From IMG/VR virus record IMGVR_UViG_3300027719_000035, positions 1 to 36,595 of that record: a stretch of 36,595 bases of DNA; one strand, given 5' to 3'. The translations under genes were made by a program, and so were the position numbers. This DNA comes from a virus (taxonomy: Duplodnaviria > Caudoviricetes). Shown here piece by piece: positions 1 through 9,353 of the stretch. The number at the start of each line of letters is the position of its first letter. Position 1 is the stretch's first letter. The notes beneath the pieces are model-generated. The model was not told where the DNA came from, made no database searches, and was given only the letters and a program-made list of their open reading frames with translations.

Positions 1-150
1 GTGTTTTACGTTCCATTTAGGCACATTACAGACCACCGGGGATATCTTTTGATAGTTTGTATACCATATAATGAAACTTGTCTTAAATCGCCTTATACGA
101 GTTTGTACCAACACTAGCATCATTCACTTACAATTCATTTGCATTTGTTA
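1..150. other. Putative cos/packaging region, continuing across the junction with 36512-36595
   Basis: Non-coding interval between the HNH-side ORFs and terS; GC patch ACCACCGGGG; TCATTTGCATTTG present at 135-147 and 36556-36568. Confidence 0.55.
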
Positions 151-315
151 ATAGTTACGTTACAATCTTTTGATAAGGGTCTAGTGTGTCATGCGAGAAA
201 ATAAATAAAGTATAATAGTAACTTAGTATATTATATATTATATTATTATTATTACTTATATATCTATCTATCTTATTCACATCACACATCACTACCCTAC
301 TTCATTGTGTATCTC

Positions 316-525
316 TTACTCTATATCATTGCTTGTGACAGGACATACACTAACTACATCCTTGCAATTAATGTACATAGATACTTCAATGTTATCATTT
401 AATACGCCAATACAATTTAACCATGCATCATTATATATCATTCTTGTCAATGTCAATATATCTTCTGCGCTTACTTTAACTATCTGCTCTACTCCATTAC
501 TTAATAATAATTTATATCTCTTCAT
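316..525 (-). CDS. Hypothetical protein
   Basis: ORF in the genome-wide orientation overlapping its neighbour. Confidence 0.65.
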   Translation of the reverse strand: MKRYKLLLSNGVEQIVKVSAEDILTLTRMIYNDAWLNCIGVLNDNIEVSMYINCKDVVSVCPVTSNDIE

Positions 526-766
526 CTTCTATCCTTTCTACATTACAGTATACAGACACTATATCTTTAACTCTAACAATGGCACTATTAAACTCTATCA
601 CATTGTCAGTATCTTTATTGTACGCCCAATTACTTTTATAGTCGAACTGATACCATTCTCTATTTATCCATTTATTAATAAATTCTCTAACATCTTTCAA
701 CTCTGATTCAATACAATAACTAAGACCATTACAAGTATCAATACCATAATAGTATTTACTCTTCAT
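512..766 (-). CDS. Hypothetical protein
   Basis: ORF overlapping neighbours; C-terminal 'VRVKDIVSVY' resembles 'INCKDVVSVC' of 316..525. Confidence 0.65.
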   Translation of the reverse strand: MKSKYYYGIDTCNGLSYCIESELKDVREFINKWINREWYQFDYKSNWAYNKDTDNVIEFNSAIVRVKDIVSVYCNVERIEDEEI

Positions 767-965
767 ACCTGCTCCAATCTATACTATCCATCTGCTGTGA
801 TGTTACACCATAACTATAACCTATCTCACGATTCAATGAATATTTATTTAGTTGTTGCATACTGTCTTTGCTATTACGTCTTACCCTTGTGATATAGTCT
901 ATGTAGTCTTGTATTGCTTCAGTAGTTCTATTAGTTACCATTCTCTTTCTTCTCCTGTTCTTCAA
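756..965 (-). CDS. Hypothetical protein (start may be a downstream Met)
   Basis: ORF directly following the HNH gene. Confidence 0.6.
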   Translation of the reverse strand: MKNRRRKRMVTNRTTEAIQDYIDYITRVRRNSKDSMQQLNKYSLNREIGYSYGVTSQQMDSIDWSRYEE

Positions 966-1368
966 TTATCATTTTCACTTCTTCTTGTGGTATCGTTCCG
1001 TTATCGCATAATCTGTGGTGATATTCACAAACGCAGATTAAATTATCATTATCCAATCGTTTCTCATATGCTTCATTTAATGGCTCACAATGATGTACTG
1101 ATAGATTATCATATGTAAATCGTTTAATCGTCTGATATAGTTCTCTGCTACATATCTGACATAAATTTCTATCTCGCTGTCTTATCTCTGCTCGTTTAAG
1201 CTGCCATGCTTTTGTACTTCTGAATCCATCCACATTCGTTTCTTCAAACATTTCATATTTACTTTTATACTGTTTCTTTCCACGATGTTCTTTTAAAGCT
1301 TTTTCCTTTTCCGGACAAATAAAGTTTCGTTCGTGTATCTTTCGGCAATAACTACATGATTTTAACAT
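931..1368 (-). CDS. HNH endonuclease, packaging-associated (HK97 gp74-like)
   Basis: CxxC, 'RDRNLCQIC', 'SVHH', 'NLICVCEYHH'; position next to cos and terS. Confidence 0.9.
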   Translation of the reverse strand: MLKSCSYCRKIHERNFICPEKEKALKEHRGKKQYKSKYEMFEETNVDGFRSTKAWQLKRAEIRQRDRNLCQICSRELYQTIKRFTYDNLSVHHCEPLNEAYEKRLDNDNLICVCEYHHRLCDNGTIPQEEVKMIIEEQEKKENGN

Positions 1369-1567
1369 TTTTAAACCACCTAACTATTTTTGATAAAAAT
1401 GAATCTTTTTTTACTTCTTTAAAAATTATTCCTAAAAATTCTTCAGGAAGTATATCGTAAACCCATCCATCATCTCCAATAATTTTATATCCATATTTGT
1501 TAGATTTATATATTTTTCCTTTTGTAAAATTTGCATCGATAGATTCTAATACTTTCCAATATCTCAT
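1352..1567 (-). CDS. Hypothetical protein
   Basis: ORF coupled to neighbours; 'FTKGKIY' motif common in small phage proteins. Confidence 0.65.
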   Translation of the reverse strand: MRYWKVLESIDANFTKGKIYKSNKYGYKIIGDDGWVYDILPEEFLGIIFKEVKKDSFLSKIVRWFKNVKIM

Positions 1568-2100
1568 TTATCTTCTCCTTCCAATAATTCAATCTGCTTT
1601 TCCAAATATCTCTGTGCCTTTTTTAAATCTTGCAATTCAGAATTATTTTCTTTCTTTCCTGCACGTTGAATATATTTTACAACATTACCAGAATAGAAAT
1701 TTAATTTCCAATCATCAATTACATCAAATGCAGATATTTTTGTTGAATTATAATGGCTTGGATTAATTGCGTCATGTTGTGTTATTGCATCTAACTTTTC
1801 TTTAACCAATGAACCTTCATCAATTGTGCAATCAATAAAACCACTTGCGTGTATTACCTTTTTATCACTATCAAAATATTTTGTTTCTGTTAATTCTTCG
1901 ATTAATTCCCATTTAGATGGTTCTTGAAATTTACACCAATTTTCAAAAGAACTTAACGCATTTTTATCATCTCCATAACCACGTCCCCATCCATGATATT
2001 TAGATTTAGTTGCTACTCCATTTACAACTACGAATTCAATATCTTCACTCCATCCAGCATCATTTCCTCTTACACATACTGCTTTCCAACTATTACTCAT
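1564..2100 (-). CDS. DUF3310 (T7 gp1.7-like) domain protein with an unrelated N-terminal half
   Basis: 'INPSHY...FYSGNVVKYIQRAGKK...QDLKKAQRYL'. Confidence 0.8.
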   Translation of the reverse strand: MSNSWKAVCVRGNDAGWSEDIEFVVVNGVATKSKYHGWGRGYGDDKNALSSFENWCKFQEPSKWELIEELTETKYFDSDKKVIHASGFIDCTIDEGSLVKEKLDAITQHDAINPSHYNSTKISAFDVIDDWKLNFYSGNVVKYIQRAGKKENNSELQDLKKAQRYLEKQIELLEGEDK

Positions 2101-2130
2101 TCCTTTTTCTCCTTTTCTTTTACAACGTAG

Positions 2131-2694
2131 TTACTCTACTTCAATCCAATCAACAACAATATTGATTCGTTCTGTTGTACTTGATTTATTAGTTGCAATT
2201 ATTAACATACTTGTATTTGGTGGTATCACTGATAATTTTTGTTCATCTGCTCCACCGCCACCTTTTGCAGGTCCTGACGCACCACCATTTGTACGATATA
2301 CTCCAACTGTTCCATCTGATGTCTTTGTTGGTGTTAAATAAGTCTTTGCGGTTGATTCTTTTACCGTTACCATATTCCGATTGATGTTTCCAAATAATGT
2401 ACCATTTGCAGTTACTACAGGATTTCTATGAAGTGCATAATCACAACTACCATCTGCACCAACTCCATAACTCATAACACAAACCTTACTGCCTGTTTTA
2501 AAATGTACTACTGCTGTTCCGTTTGCAGCCACACCTTCAAAAATTGTACCACTTGCAAAACTATTACCTTCTGCCAATGCATTATGCTCGGTATCGGTAA
2601 TATGAAAACCATCCTTAACCGCAAAATTCTCTATTGTATCGTCTTTCTTTCTGTAATATCCGTTCTGTGCTTCCATTGTTTCTACTTGTGACAT
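2131..2694 (-). CDS. Gly/Thr-rich beta-sandwich protein, possibly virion-associated
   Basis: Strong SD (AAGGGGG), own candidate promoter, composition like structural proteins. Confidence 0.6.
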   Translation of the reverse strand: MSQVETMEAQNGYYRKKDDTIENFAVKDGFHITDTEHNALAEGNSFASGTIFEGVAANGTAVVHFKTGSKVCVMSYGVGADGSCDYALHRNPVVTANGTLFGNINRNMVTVKESTAKTYLTPTKTSDGTVGVYRTNGGASGPAKGGGGADEQKLSVIPPNTSMLIIATNKSSTTERINIVVDWIEVE

Positions 2695-2733
2695 TGATAT
2701 ACCCCCTTAAATTAATAATTAATAGTTGTATAT

Positions 2734-2762
2734 AGTTTACTACTTTTGGATATGTTAATCAA
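2734..2762 (-). promoter_or_regulatory. Candidate sigmaA promoter for 2131..2694
   Basis: TTGATT-N17-TAAACT overlapping the methyltransferase stop codon. Confidence 0.5.
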
Positions 2763-4029
2763 ATATTTGTTTTGTAAATAAATTTTTAAATAAATAATAC
2801 AACACATCTACCACAATACTGTTACCGGCCTGCTTATATAACTGACTGTTTGAATTTACTTCGGCAGCTTTGTGAAATTGTTCGTCTGTAAATCCCATTA
2901 GTCTCCAAACTTCAAGTGGTATTAGTTTTCTAATTTTAAATTGTGGTTCAACAACATAATTATCTTTTTGCACTGTTGTAATTGTATTACTTGTGCCATT
3001 TTTATTTAATTCTAATCTTTGTTCAATTTCATTACATGGCGTTCTATCGGATGGATTTTCGGGGTTTCTACCACTACTTGCTCCAATACATGGTAAATCT
3101 ATATAACATAAATCTTGCGTTCCTGCGGTTAATGTTGGACATATCTCTCCATTCTCTTGAATTCTGCCACGTCTTGTTTTACTATCAGGAAATGATAAAT
3201 CTGCAACTCCTGGTACATTACATTCAATATAGCCTTGCTTTGTTGCTTGCGGAATTAAGACTTTTTGCTTATTTTCTAAAACAGCAACGAGTTGCCTTCT
3301 ACTTTTTTTAATGAATTGTTCAGCAGTTGTACCTTTCCAATAATTTGCATCAATGCAATAACTAATATCTTGATTTTTATCAACTATTTTTTTTGTTAAA
3401 TCACCTACTTTTTCACTTGACAAATAATATTTTTCATCAACTTCATTTTCCAAAATATCTTTTAATCTCTTTCCGTTGTCAAATCCAATTGGAAACTCAT
3501 ATCCTGTATCAATATCTTTTCTAATACTGATTGCAAATACTCTTTCCCTATTCTGTGGGATTCCGTAATTTTTAGCATTTAATACTTTCCAATAAGTGTT
3601 ATAACCTAATTCATCAAGTCTTTTTATCCATTCGTCAAATTGTGGCTTAAATTGTTTTCCAACAAGGTTCTTTACGTTTTCTAACATCAGCCATTTTGGA
3701 AGTTCTTCGCATTCTTTTGATTTTTCAAGTAATCTTTCCACTTCGTAAAGCAACCCACTTCTCGTTTTTCCCTTTTCAATTCCAGCCTGCTTTCCTGCCA
3801 CCGAAATATCTTGGCAAGGGAACGAATAAGTCCAAAAGTCTGCATAGTCTACTTTTTCAATTTTACTAATATCTCCATAGTTTCTAGTTGAACCATGTAT
3901 TGCTTCGTAACTTTTGATTGCATATTTATCTATCTCTGCAATTCCGACTACTTTAAAATTAATCCCCAATCTTTTAAGTGCTGCTGATTGACTTCCTATT
4001 CCGCTAAAAAATTCGTTTACTGTTAACAT
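2755..4029 (-). CDS. dcm: C5-cytosine DNA methyltransferase, probably multispecific
   Basis: FSGIG (motif I), FPCQD (IV), ENV (VI), QNRERVF (VIII), YKQAGNS (X); long variable region. Confidence 0.95.
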   Translation of the reverse strand: MLTVNEFFSGIGSQSAALKRLGINFKVVGIAEIDKYAIKSYEAIHGSTRNYGDISKIEKVDYADFWTYSFPCQDISVAGKQAGIEKGKTRSGLLYEVERLLEKSKECEELPKWLMLENVKNLVGKQFKPQFDEWIKRLDELGYNTYWKVLNAKNYGIPQNRERVFAISIRKDIDTGYEFPIGFDNGKRLKDILENEVDEKYYLSSEKVGDLTKKIVDKNQDISYCIDANYWKGTTAEQFIKKSRRQLVAVLENKQKVLIPQATKQGYIECNVPGVADLSFPDSKTRRGRIQENGEICPTLTAGTQDLCYIDLPCIGASSGRNPENPSDRTPCNEIEQRLELNKNGTSNTITTVQKDNYVVEPQFKIRKLIPLEVWRLMGFTDEQFHKAAEVNSNSQLYKQAGNSIVVDVLYYLFKNLFTKQIFD

Positions 4030-4057
4030 TCTACTTTTCTCCTATTTCGCTCTAATT

Positions 4058-4990
4058 TCAATTTTTATCTAAATATTTATCAAACGTGTCGCAACTCCAA
4101 AATATAAACTTATTGTTACACCACCTTTGCATCTTTTTTAATATGTGACCTTTTATTAAATGTTCTTTGTCGTATAACATAACATATGGTTGAAAATTTA
4201 ATGATCTTAAAAAATAAATTCTTTCTAAGTCTTGTTCTATTGTTGTCTCAAAATTGCACAATACATATACACTTACTTTTCCACGATTCCAACCTGTTAC
4301 TTTTTTTAGTTCTTCAAATTTTGGAACAATCATTTCTTTGTCGTTGTAGTTATCCCATGCAAAATGAATATGTTTTATTTTGACTTTTCGTAAATATTCT
4401 AATTTTTCAGTAGTTAGCAATCGAATATCAACACCTTGATTAAAATTTACATATGATTTTGAATCAATTAATTGCTGCAAAATATCTTTCCATTCTTTGC
4501 ACGCCAATGTGTTTGGATCCATTAACTCAATAAACTTTTGACCGTTCCAAAAAGAATTAAGATCAGAAACTTTATAACTACACAATCCCTCTTTATCTTT
4601 TACATGACAAAATGAGCAACCTCTAGGACAACCTCTACTCATAAATCCATATGCAGTATCAGTAATTTTATAAATTGAATAGTCAGGAAATATATTTTCT
4701 ATTTCATCAGGTAAATTAATATTTTTAGATTTATCAAATACTTCTTTTTCATCAATTAAAGATATACAGTACCCTGTCCCACCTTTTACAATCTTGTCTG
4801 AGTCTATGCAATAATTAGGTTCTTCCGAAAAACTAAATACTTTCGACATATAAACTATATCGCAATGACCTGTAAACATTGGATCGTACATTTCAACGTG
4901 ATCATTTTTTGATTTATGCCATGCTGATAATTTCATTAATGCTATGTTTGGAAATTCTGTTCTGTCGCAATCAATTAATCCTATTTTCAT
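4058..4990 (-). CDS. Radical SAM protein (phage family with B12-binding-like N terminus)
   Basis: 'SRGCPRGCSFC' CxxxCxxC; N-terminal 'FPNIALMKLSAWHK', 'GGTG'. Confidence 0.88.
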   Translation of the reverse strand: MKIGLIDCDRTEFPNIALMKLSAWHKSKNDHVEMYDPMFTGHCDIVYMSKVFSFSEEPNYCIDSDKIVKGGTGYCISLIDEKEVFDKSKNINLPDEIENIFPDYSIYKITDTAYGFMSRGCPRGCSFCHVKDKEGLCSYKVSDLNSFWNGQKFIELMDPNTLACKEWKDILQQLIDSKSYVNFNQGVDIRLLTTEKLEYLRKVKIKHIHFAWDNYNDKEMIVPKFEELKKVTGWNRGKVSVYVLCNFETTIEQDLERIYFLRSLNFQPYVMLYDKEHLIKGHILKKMQRWCNNKFIFWSCDTFDKYLDKN

Positions 4991-5085
4991 TAAACACCTC
5001 TAATTTCAATTTTTATTACTTACCAATACATTTTACCATTTAATCCGTTATCGTTCCGATTTAAGGCTTGTACGTGTTGTGGTGG

Positions 5086-5277
5086 CTATTTTAATTTAAT
5101 ATCACACTGATACGGTTTATGTTTCGCCTGCATATTATCTTTTGGTGCTTGTTTTTCGATTGAACTCAAATAACCTTGTCTTTCTATTTCTGTTTTTCTA
5201 GCAGATTCATTTTTTACATCGTTACTCGCAAACGGTTTTCTTTTCTCACGGTATAGACTTAAATCATAATCACGCAT
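5086..5277 (-). CDS. Hypothetical protein
   Basis: ORF with SD in operon context. Confidence 0.55.
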   Translation of the reverse strand: MRDYDLSLYREKRKPFASNDVKNESARKTEIERQGYLSSIEKQAPKDNMQAKHKPYQCDIKLK

Positions 5278-5292
5278 TCGTTATATTCCCTT

Positions 5293-5514
5293 CTAACATC
5301 TCGTAATGTATTCAGAAAAAGCATTTATTGTCTTTTCTTCAGATTTTATTGTTTTTAACTGAATTATTTCAGTTTTTAATTCTTCGTTTTCTTTAATTAT
5401 CAAAATCGCCATATCAACAGCATTATTATATTTTCTACAAGATTCAACATCGACACATCTTGATATTGTAAATTTCTTACTTTTTAACTCTTTTATTATT
5501 TGCTTATTTGTCAT
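5293..5514 (-). CDS. Hypothetical protein
   Basis: ATGA overlap with upstream gene. Confidence 0.65.
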   Translation of the reverse strand: MTNKQIIKELKSKKFTISRCVDVESCRKYNNAVDMAILIIKENEELKTEIIQLKTIKSEEKTINAFSEYITRC

Positions 5515-6017
5515 TTACATCTCCTTTCCATAAACACTTTCTGTTGTCCGCATAATTCAGTTATATCTCGAAACACTTTTACTTTTTCCACAAATCTACC
5601 GTTTTCAACAACCATAACTTTCTCCAACACTTTTGGAACTTCGACCACTGTGACTTCTCTCTTTTCCTTTTCCGGATTATCAATATTTGTTTTCGGTTTA
5701 CTTCTCCTAGTTGGTACTGCTTTCATTCTCACATCTTCCAAAACTAGCTTAACTGTCCAACAACTACAATCACTCTTTAACCCTATCTGTCGCATTGACA
5801 ACCCTTCTTTGTATAACTCATGGATTTTTTTATTCCTGACTTCAATTAATCTTTTTCTGTCTGCTGAAAAATCTCCTTGAGAATAAATATATTGCTTTAC
5901 TGTTCCTTTTTTATATCCGGTAGCTTTTGCGATTTCATCTAAGCTATAATTATTTTTGTACATATCCATAATCATTGCATGATATCTTTCTGTTTCTTCC
6001 CTTGTGTATTTTCTCAC
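5511..6017 (-). CDS. Tandem HTH DNA-binding protein (possible transcriptional regulator)
   Basis: 'YSLDEIAKATGYKKGTVKQYI' and 'GLSMRQIGLKSDCSCWTVKLVL'. Confidence 0.7.
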   Translation of the reverse strand: MRKYTREETERYHAMIMDMYKNNYSLDEIAKATGYKKGTVKQYIYSQGDFSADRKRLIEVRNKKIHELYKEGLSMRQIGLKSDCSCWTVKLVLEDVRMKAVPTRRSKPKTNIDNPEKEKREVTVVEVPKVLEKVMVVENGRFVEKVKVFRDITELCGQQKVFMERRCK

Positions 6018-6037
6018 GTTTCTTCTTCTCCTTTTTC

Positions 6038-6355
6038 CTATTCGCTTTTTAATATTTGATCAATAGCAACTGCTTGTTCATATGTCAGGCTTGTGCAGCA
6101 TCCCATTTTCATTAACACATATCTGATTACTTTTAATTGTTCCATTCTTTCAATCTCTTTTTCAGTAGCAAGTTTTACTTTGTTAGGTGCTCCGAATGTC
6201 TTGAATTTTTCATTGCCATCCATCGAATAAACAATTCCGTTAACTTTGAATGATCCGGTATCTTTTACCTTTTCTACTTCTGAAATACGACTTCCACCAT
6301 AGCCATCAAATACAATAACCTTATCTCCTTTTTTAACATTTAATTTTTCCATCAC
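6038..6355 (-). CDS. Hypothetical protein with KOW/SH3-like N terminus
   Basis: 'VKKGDKVIV' motif. Confidence 0.65.
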   Translation of the reverse strand: MMEKLNVKKGDKVIVFDGYGGSRISEVEKVKDTGSFKVNGIVYSMDGNEKFKTFGAPNKVKLATEKEIERMEQLKVIRYVLMKMGCCTSLTYEQAVAIDQILKSE

Positions 6356-6582
6356 TCAACCTTTTCACTTTCTAATTGTCTTGTCAATGCCAACAATAAA
6401 TCTCTTGCCAACCCATTAAATGAATCTGTCTTGTAATTTTTTTCTAACAACTCAATTTCTAAAACAAATAGTTCCCATTCCTTTTCCGTCATACCTTGAT
6501 TATTGATTAAATATTTTTTTGTTAAATTCCAATACTCATTAAAAAATAATTTGAATCGTTCTTGTTGTTCTATTGTGTACAT
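6352..6582 (-). CDS. Hypothetical helical protein downstream of the origin
   Basis: SD GAAAGGA, ATGA overlap with next gene. Confidence 0.7.
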   Translation of the reverse strand: MYTIEQQERFKLFFNEYWNLTKKYLINNQGMTEKEWELFVLEIELLEKNYKTDSFNGLARDLLLALTRQLESEKVE

Positions 6583-6599
6583 AAAATTCCTTTCTTTTT

Positions 6600-6865
6600 A
6601 ATTATTTGTAACACTTTTTACTATTTGTAACACGTTGTAACAAGGTAAATGTTACATAAAAATCTAGTATTTATCAGTGTTTACAGACTTTGTAACAAAG
6701 TAACACGTTTTTTAGTAGAGCCTTATATAAAAACAAAATAAATAATGAAAGTTTCGTTTTTTTATTTCTTTTTATAAGACCCCTATTTTTTGGTGTTTCA
6801 GGTGTTACACTTTTTAACAATGCCCATTTTAAGCCATTTGTTGGAAACGGAAGGTGTTACAAAAT
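6600..6865. repeat. Putative replication origin: opposed GTAACA/TGTTAC iterons around an AT-rich imperfect palindrome
   Basis: TTGTAACA at 6606, 6625, 6635, 6690; GTAACA 6700; TGTTACA 6650, 6803, 6855; directly downstream of the DUF927 helicase. Confidence 0.8.
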
Positions 6866-8779
6866 TTAATCAAAAGGTAACTTTTCTTGAAAATCTGCAC
6901 TTATTTCAATAAATCCATCATCATTTGTTGTTAATTCAGATGGAAGTTTTAGAAAAATACACCTGCTAACTGATCCATCTAACCTTTTTGTTTTCGAACT
7001 CTTTCCGTCATTGGATAATTGAAGTAGATTTTTTTCTTTTGCCCAGGATAAAAAACCTGTGCTGCTAAAATTTCCACGTTTAGCAAATGAATTAAAAATA
7101 TTATTCATAATTACTGCATAGCCATCTTCAATAATTCCCCAACACTCATTTTTATATTCGCCCCTGTTGTCAGGTTTAAATTTATTCATATTAATTCCTA
7201 TTTCCGACATAATAAATTCATAAGCCCTATCATCTTCAGATACTTCTCCTTTTGATTTTAGTAATGAAACACAATAATCTAAATCAAGATATATTCCATC
7301 TTTAAAAATATAGTCAGTTGCAATTTTGTCAGTTGTAAGTAATATTGACATTGGCATTATCTGTTTTTCTTCTTTTTCAACTCCTAATGATTTGGCAGTA
7401 GAAACAATTTTTTCAGTAAATTCTTTTTGAATTGCTCTGACTGAATCAAATCCAATTTCTTTTAGAATATCAATAAATTCTTTTCCACAAAATCCATAGT
7501 TTTCTTTTAATATTCCAACAACATTATTTCCATCTTCAAAAATATAACCGTCTTGAGTTTGAATATCTATAATTCTATTTATTGCACCGCCCTGCATCGT
7601 TTCAGTAACCATAGAATGCTCTGAATTCACAATCATTACGTTTTTCCATATCGTAGATTTATTAATCCCTAGGTTCTGATTTGCTCTATCTTTTCCTTTA
7701 CCGGAACAAAGGAAGTAAACTAATTCTGAAAAATCCCCATCGTATTTATTTTTAAGCTGTGCCATATCATCAATCAACATTGGTAAATTATTTAAAAAAT
7801 CAAGTCTTAATTCTAATGCAGTAACTGTTGATTTAGGATCAGTTATATATTCATTGTCAGATGGATTCGCCCATATACTTGCTGCCAACATTAATGATAC
7901 TGTTTTTCCTTTTCCGGTCTTACCGTAAATATCTAAAATAAATGGAAGTCCGTTTACTATTTCAACGATTGGACTTGATAAACTTGCTACAATGCTTATT
8001 TGTGATTCTATCCTTTTTGTTTTTCGTATTTCAGAAACTAATTCAAACCATTTCGAACGTGATCCGCATTCTTTCATACTTTCAAATACAGTTTTAAATG
8101 ATTGCTCATTATCAAATTCTATATTATCTCCATATGGCATAAACTCGTTTTTTATCCAACCTAATTTCGATGTAGATATTTGTTCTGTTATAATATCTTC
8201 ATTAAACGATTCTAAGTCAGATAAATATTGCACTAATGATTTTGAATTTTCAGAAGTAACTCTGATTCCGTATTTAGAAAGAGAAACAATTTTACTTGCA
8301 GATGAAATAACTTCTTTATCAACTGTAATTTCTTTCCATCTATTTTTTAATTTAAAAGCAAGAACTACTTTGCAAAAACCTGTTTCTGCGTTTGTTAAAA
8401 TTCTGATCGGAATAATTGGATGTCTGCAAGCTTCTTTTTCTCCAAACATAGTTATTGTTTTTATACCTGTTTCATACGATAACCAGTATCCGCATTTATA
8501 ATCTTGATATTTTTCACTATTAAAATGAGTCAACCCATCAGTAGCAATTTCATTTAATTTTAACTTTGCTATTTCGGAATCGGATATCTTTTTTTGTTTA
8601 AGATATGCACGATATAATTTTTCAAATTCCACTTTTTTACCAAGCAACTTTGCTTTTTCTGAAATAGACAATAATATATCTGCTCTATCAAATTCATCTT
8701 TTATATCACATATTTCTTGAAATAAAGATTTTGACAAAATAACCGATTCATTTATTTTTGTTAAATCTTCGACATACAC
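6866..8779 (-). CDS. DUF927 / Cch-like replicative helicase
   Basis: 'SKLGW', Walker A 'GKTGKGKT', Walker B 'MLIDD', 'GKGKDRA', 'GGAINRII', 'ENYGFCG'. Confidence 0.88.
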   Translation of the reverse strand: MYVEDLTKINESVILSKSLFQEICDIKDEFDRADILLSISEKAKLLGKKVEFEKLYRAYLKQKKISDSEIAKLKLNEIATDGLTHFNSEKYQDYKCGYWLSYETGIKTITMFGEKEACRHPIIPIRILTNAETGFCKVVLAFKLKNRWKEITVDKEVISSASKIVSLSKYGIRVTSENSKSLVQYLSDLESFNEDIITEQISTSKLGWIKNEFMPYGDNIEFDNEQSFKTVFESMKECGSRSKWFELVSEIRKTKRIESQISIVASLSSPIVEIVNGLPFILDIYGKTGKGKTVSLMLAASIWANPSDNEYITDPKSTVTALELRLDFLNNLPMLIDDMAQLKNKYDGDFSELVYFLCSGKGKDRANQNLGINKSTIWKNVMIVNSEHSMVTETMQGGAINRIIDIQTQDGYIFEDGNNVVGILKENYGFCGKEFIDILKEIGFDSVRAIQKEFTEKIVSTAKSLGVEKEEKQIMPMSILLTTDKIATDYIFKDGIYLDLDYCVSLLKSKGEVSEDDRAYEFIMSEIGINMNKFKPDNRGEYKNECWGIIEDGYAVIMNNIFNSFAKRGNFSSTGFLSWAKEKNLLQLSNDGKSSKTKRLDGSVSRCIFLKLPSELTTNDDGFIEISADFQEKLPFD

Positions 8780-9057
8780 TAGATCAACTCCTTTTTATTG
8801 TATTTTTCAATTATTTCATTAATTTTTAATGCAAGTTCATCAATTGAATTAATATCTATATCAAACCTAAAAGATTTCCAACCATATAACCATATAAATA
8901 TAATTGGTTTTAATTTTTTCTTTTTATAGTTATCAAGTCCTGATATTTCGATTTCGCAATTCATATCTATTCTTCTATATATTATTCTTTCTAAATCAAA
9001 CCAAGATATACTGTATTCACTTCCTAATAATTTCAAAACATGATCTATATTTTTCAA
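8779..9057 (-). CDS. Hypothetical protein (TTG start)
   Basis: SD AAAGGGGA; 1-bp overlap with helicase start. Confidence 0.65.
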   Translation of the reverse strand: MKNIDHVLKLLGSEYSISWFDLERIIYRRIDMNCEIEISGLDNYKKKKLKPIIFIWLYGWKSFRFDIDINSIDELALKINEIIEKYNKKELI

Positions 9058-9058
9058 A

Positions 9059-9220
9059 TTATTCCCCTTTCTTTTGGTTTTTCATCCATTCAGTTACTTC
9101 CTGCATATCAAAATATGGAATACTTCCAACATAATGAACAGGGCAACCGTTTTCGATCCATCTATAAATAGTTGGTTTGCTTATTTTTAGTTCTTCTAAC
9201 AACTCTTTTAATCTAATCAT
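9059..9220 (-). CDS. 53-aa Xis/AlpA-like winged-HTH protein (not in ORF track)
   Basis: MIRLKELLEELKISKPTIYRWIENGCPVHYVGSIPYFDMQEVTEWMKNQKKGE with SD AAGGAG. Confidence 0.85.
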   Translation of the reverse strand: MIRLKELLEELKISKPTIYRWIENGCPVHYVGSIPYFDMQEVTEWMKNQKKGE

Positions 9221-9259
9221 TTTTACTACTCCTTTCTTTTAATTACTTAATGTAACTCT

Positions 9260-9288
9260 ATATTACCATTACTGTTTTATATTGTCAA
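9260..9288 (-). promoter_or_regulatory. sigmaA promoter of the replication unit
   Basis: TTGACA-N17-TAATAT with extended TG. Confidence 0.75.
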
Positions 9289-9308
9289 CACTTTATTCAC
9301 ACATTTTC

Positions 9309-9346
9309 AAAAAAAAATAAAAACAACCTATTTCTAAGCTGCTTTT
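9309..9346 (-). terminator. Intrinsic terminator after the CHC2 gene
   Basis: AAAAGCAGCTTA-GAAA-TAGGTTGTTTTT followed by a T-run. Confidence 0.75.
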
Positions 9347-9353
9347 AAATTTA

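Noticed and set aside
225-270. (TAT)n/(TA)n low-complexity run
   Set aside because: Simple AT-rich tract near the genome end with no specific function supportable
6600-6865. GTAACA repeats as a CRISPR array
   Set aside because: Repeats are only 6-8 bp, irregularly spaced and in both orientations; they fit origin iterons
9059-9220. Xis-like gene as evidence of an integration system
   Set aside because: No integrase or att-like context found; its position at the head of a promoter unit suggests a regulator
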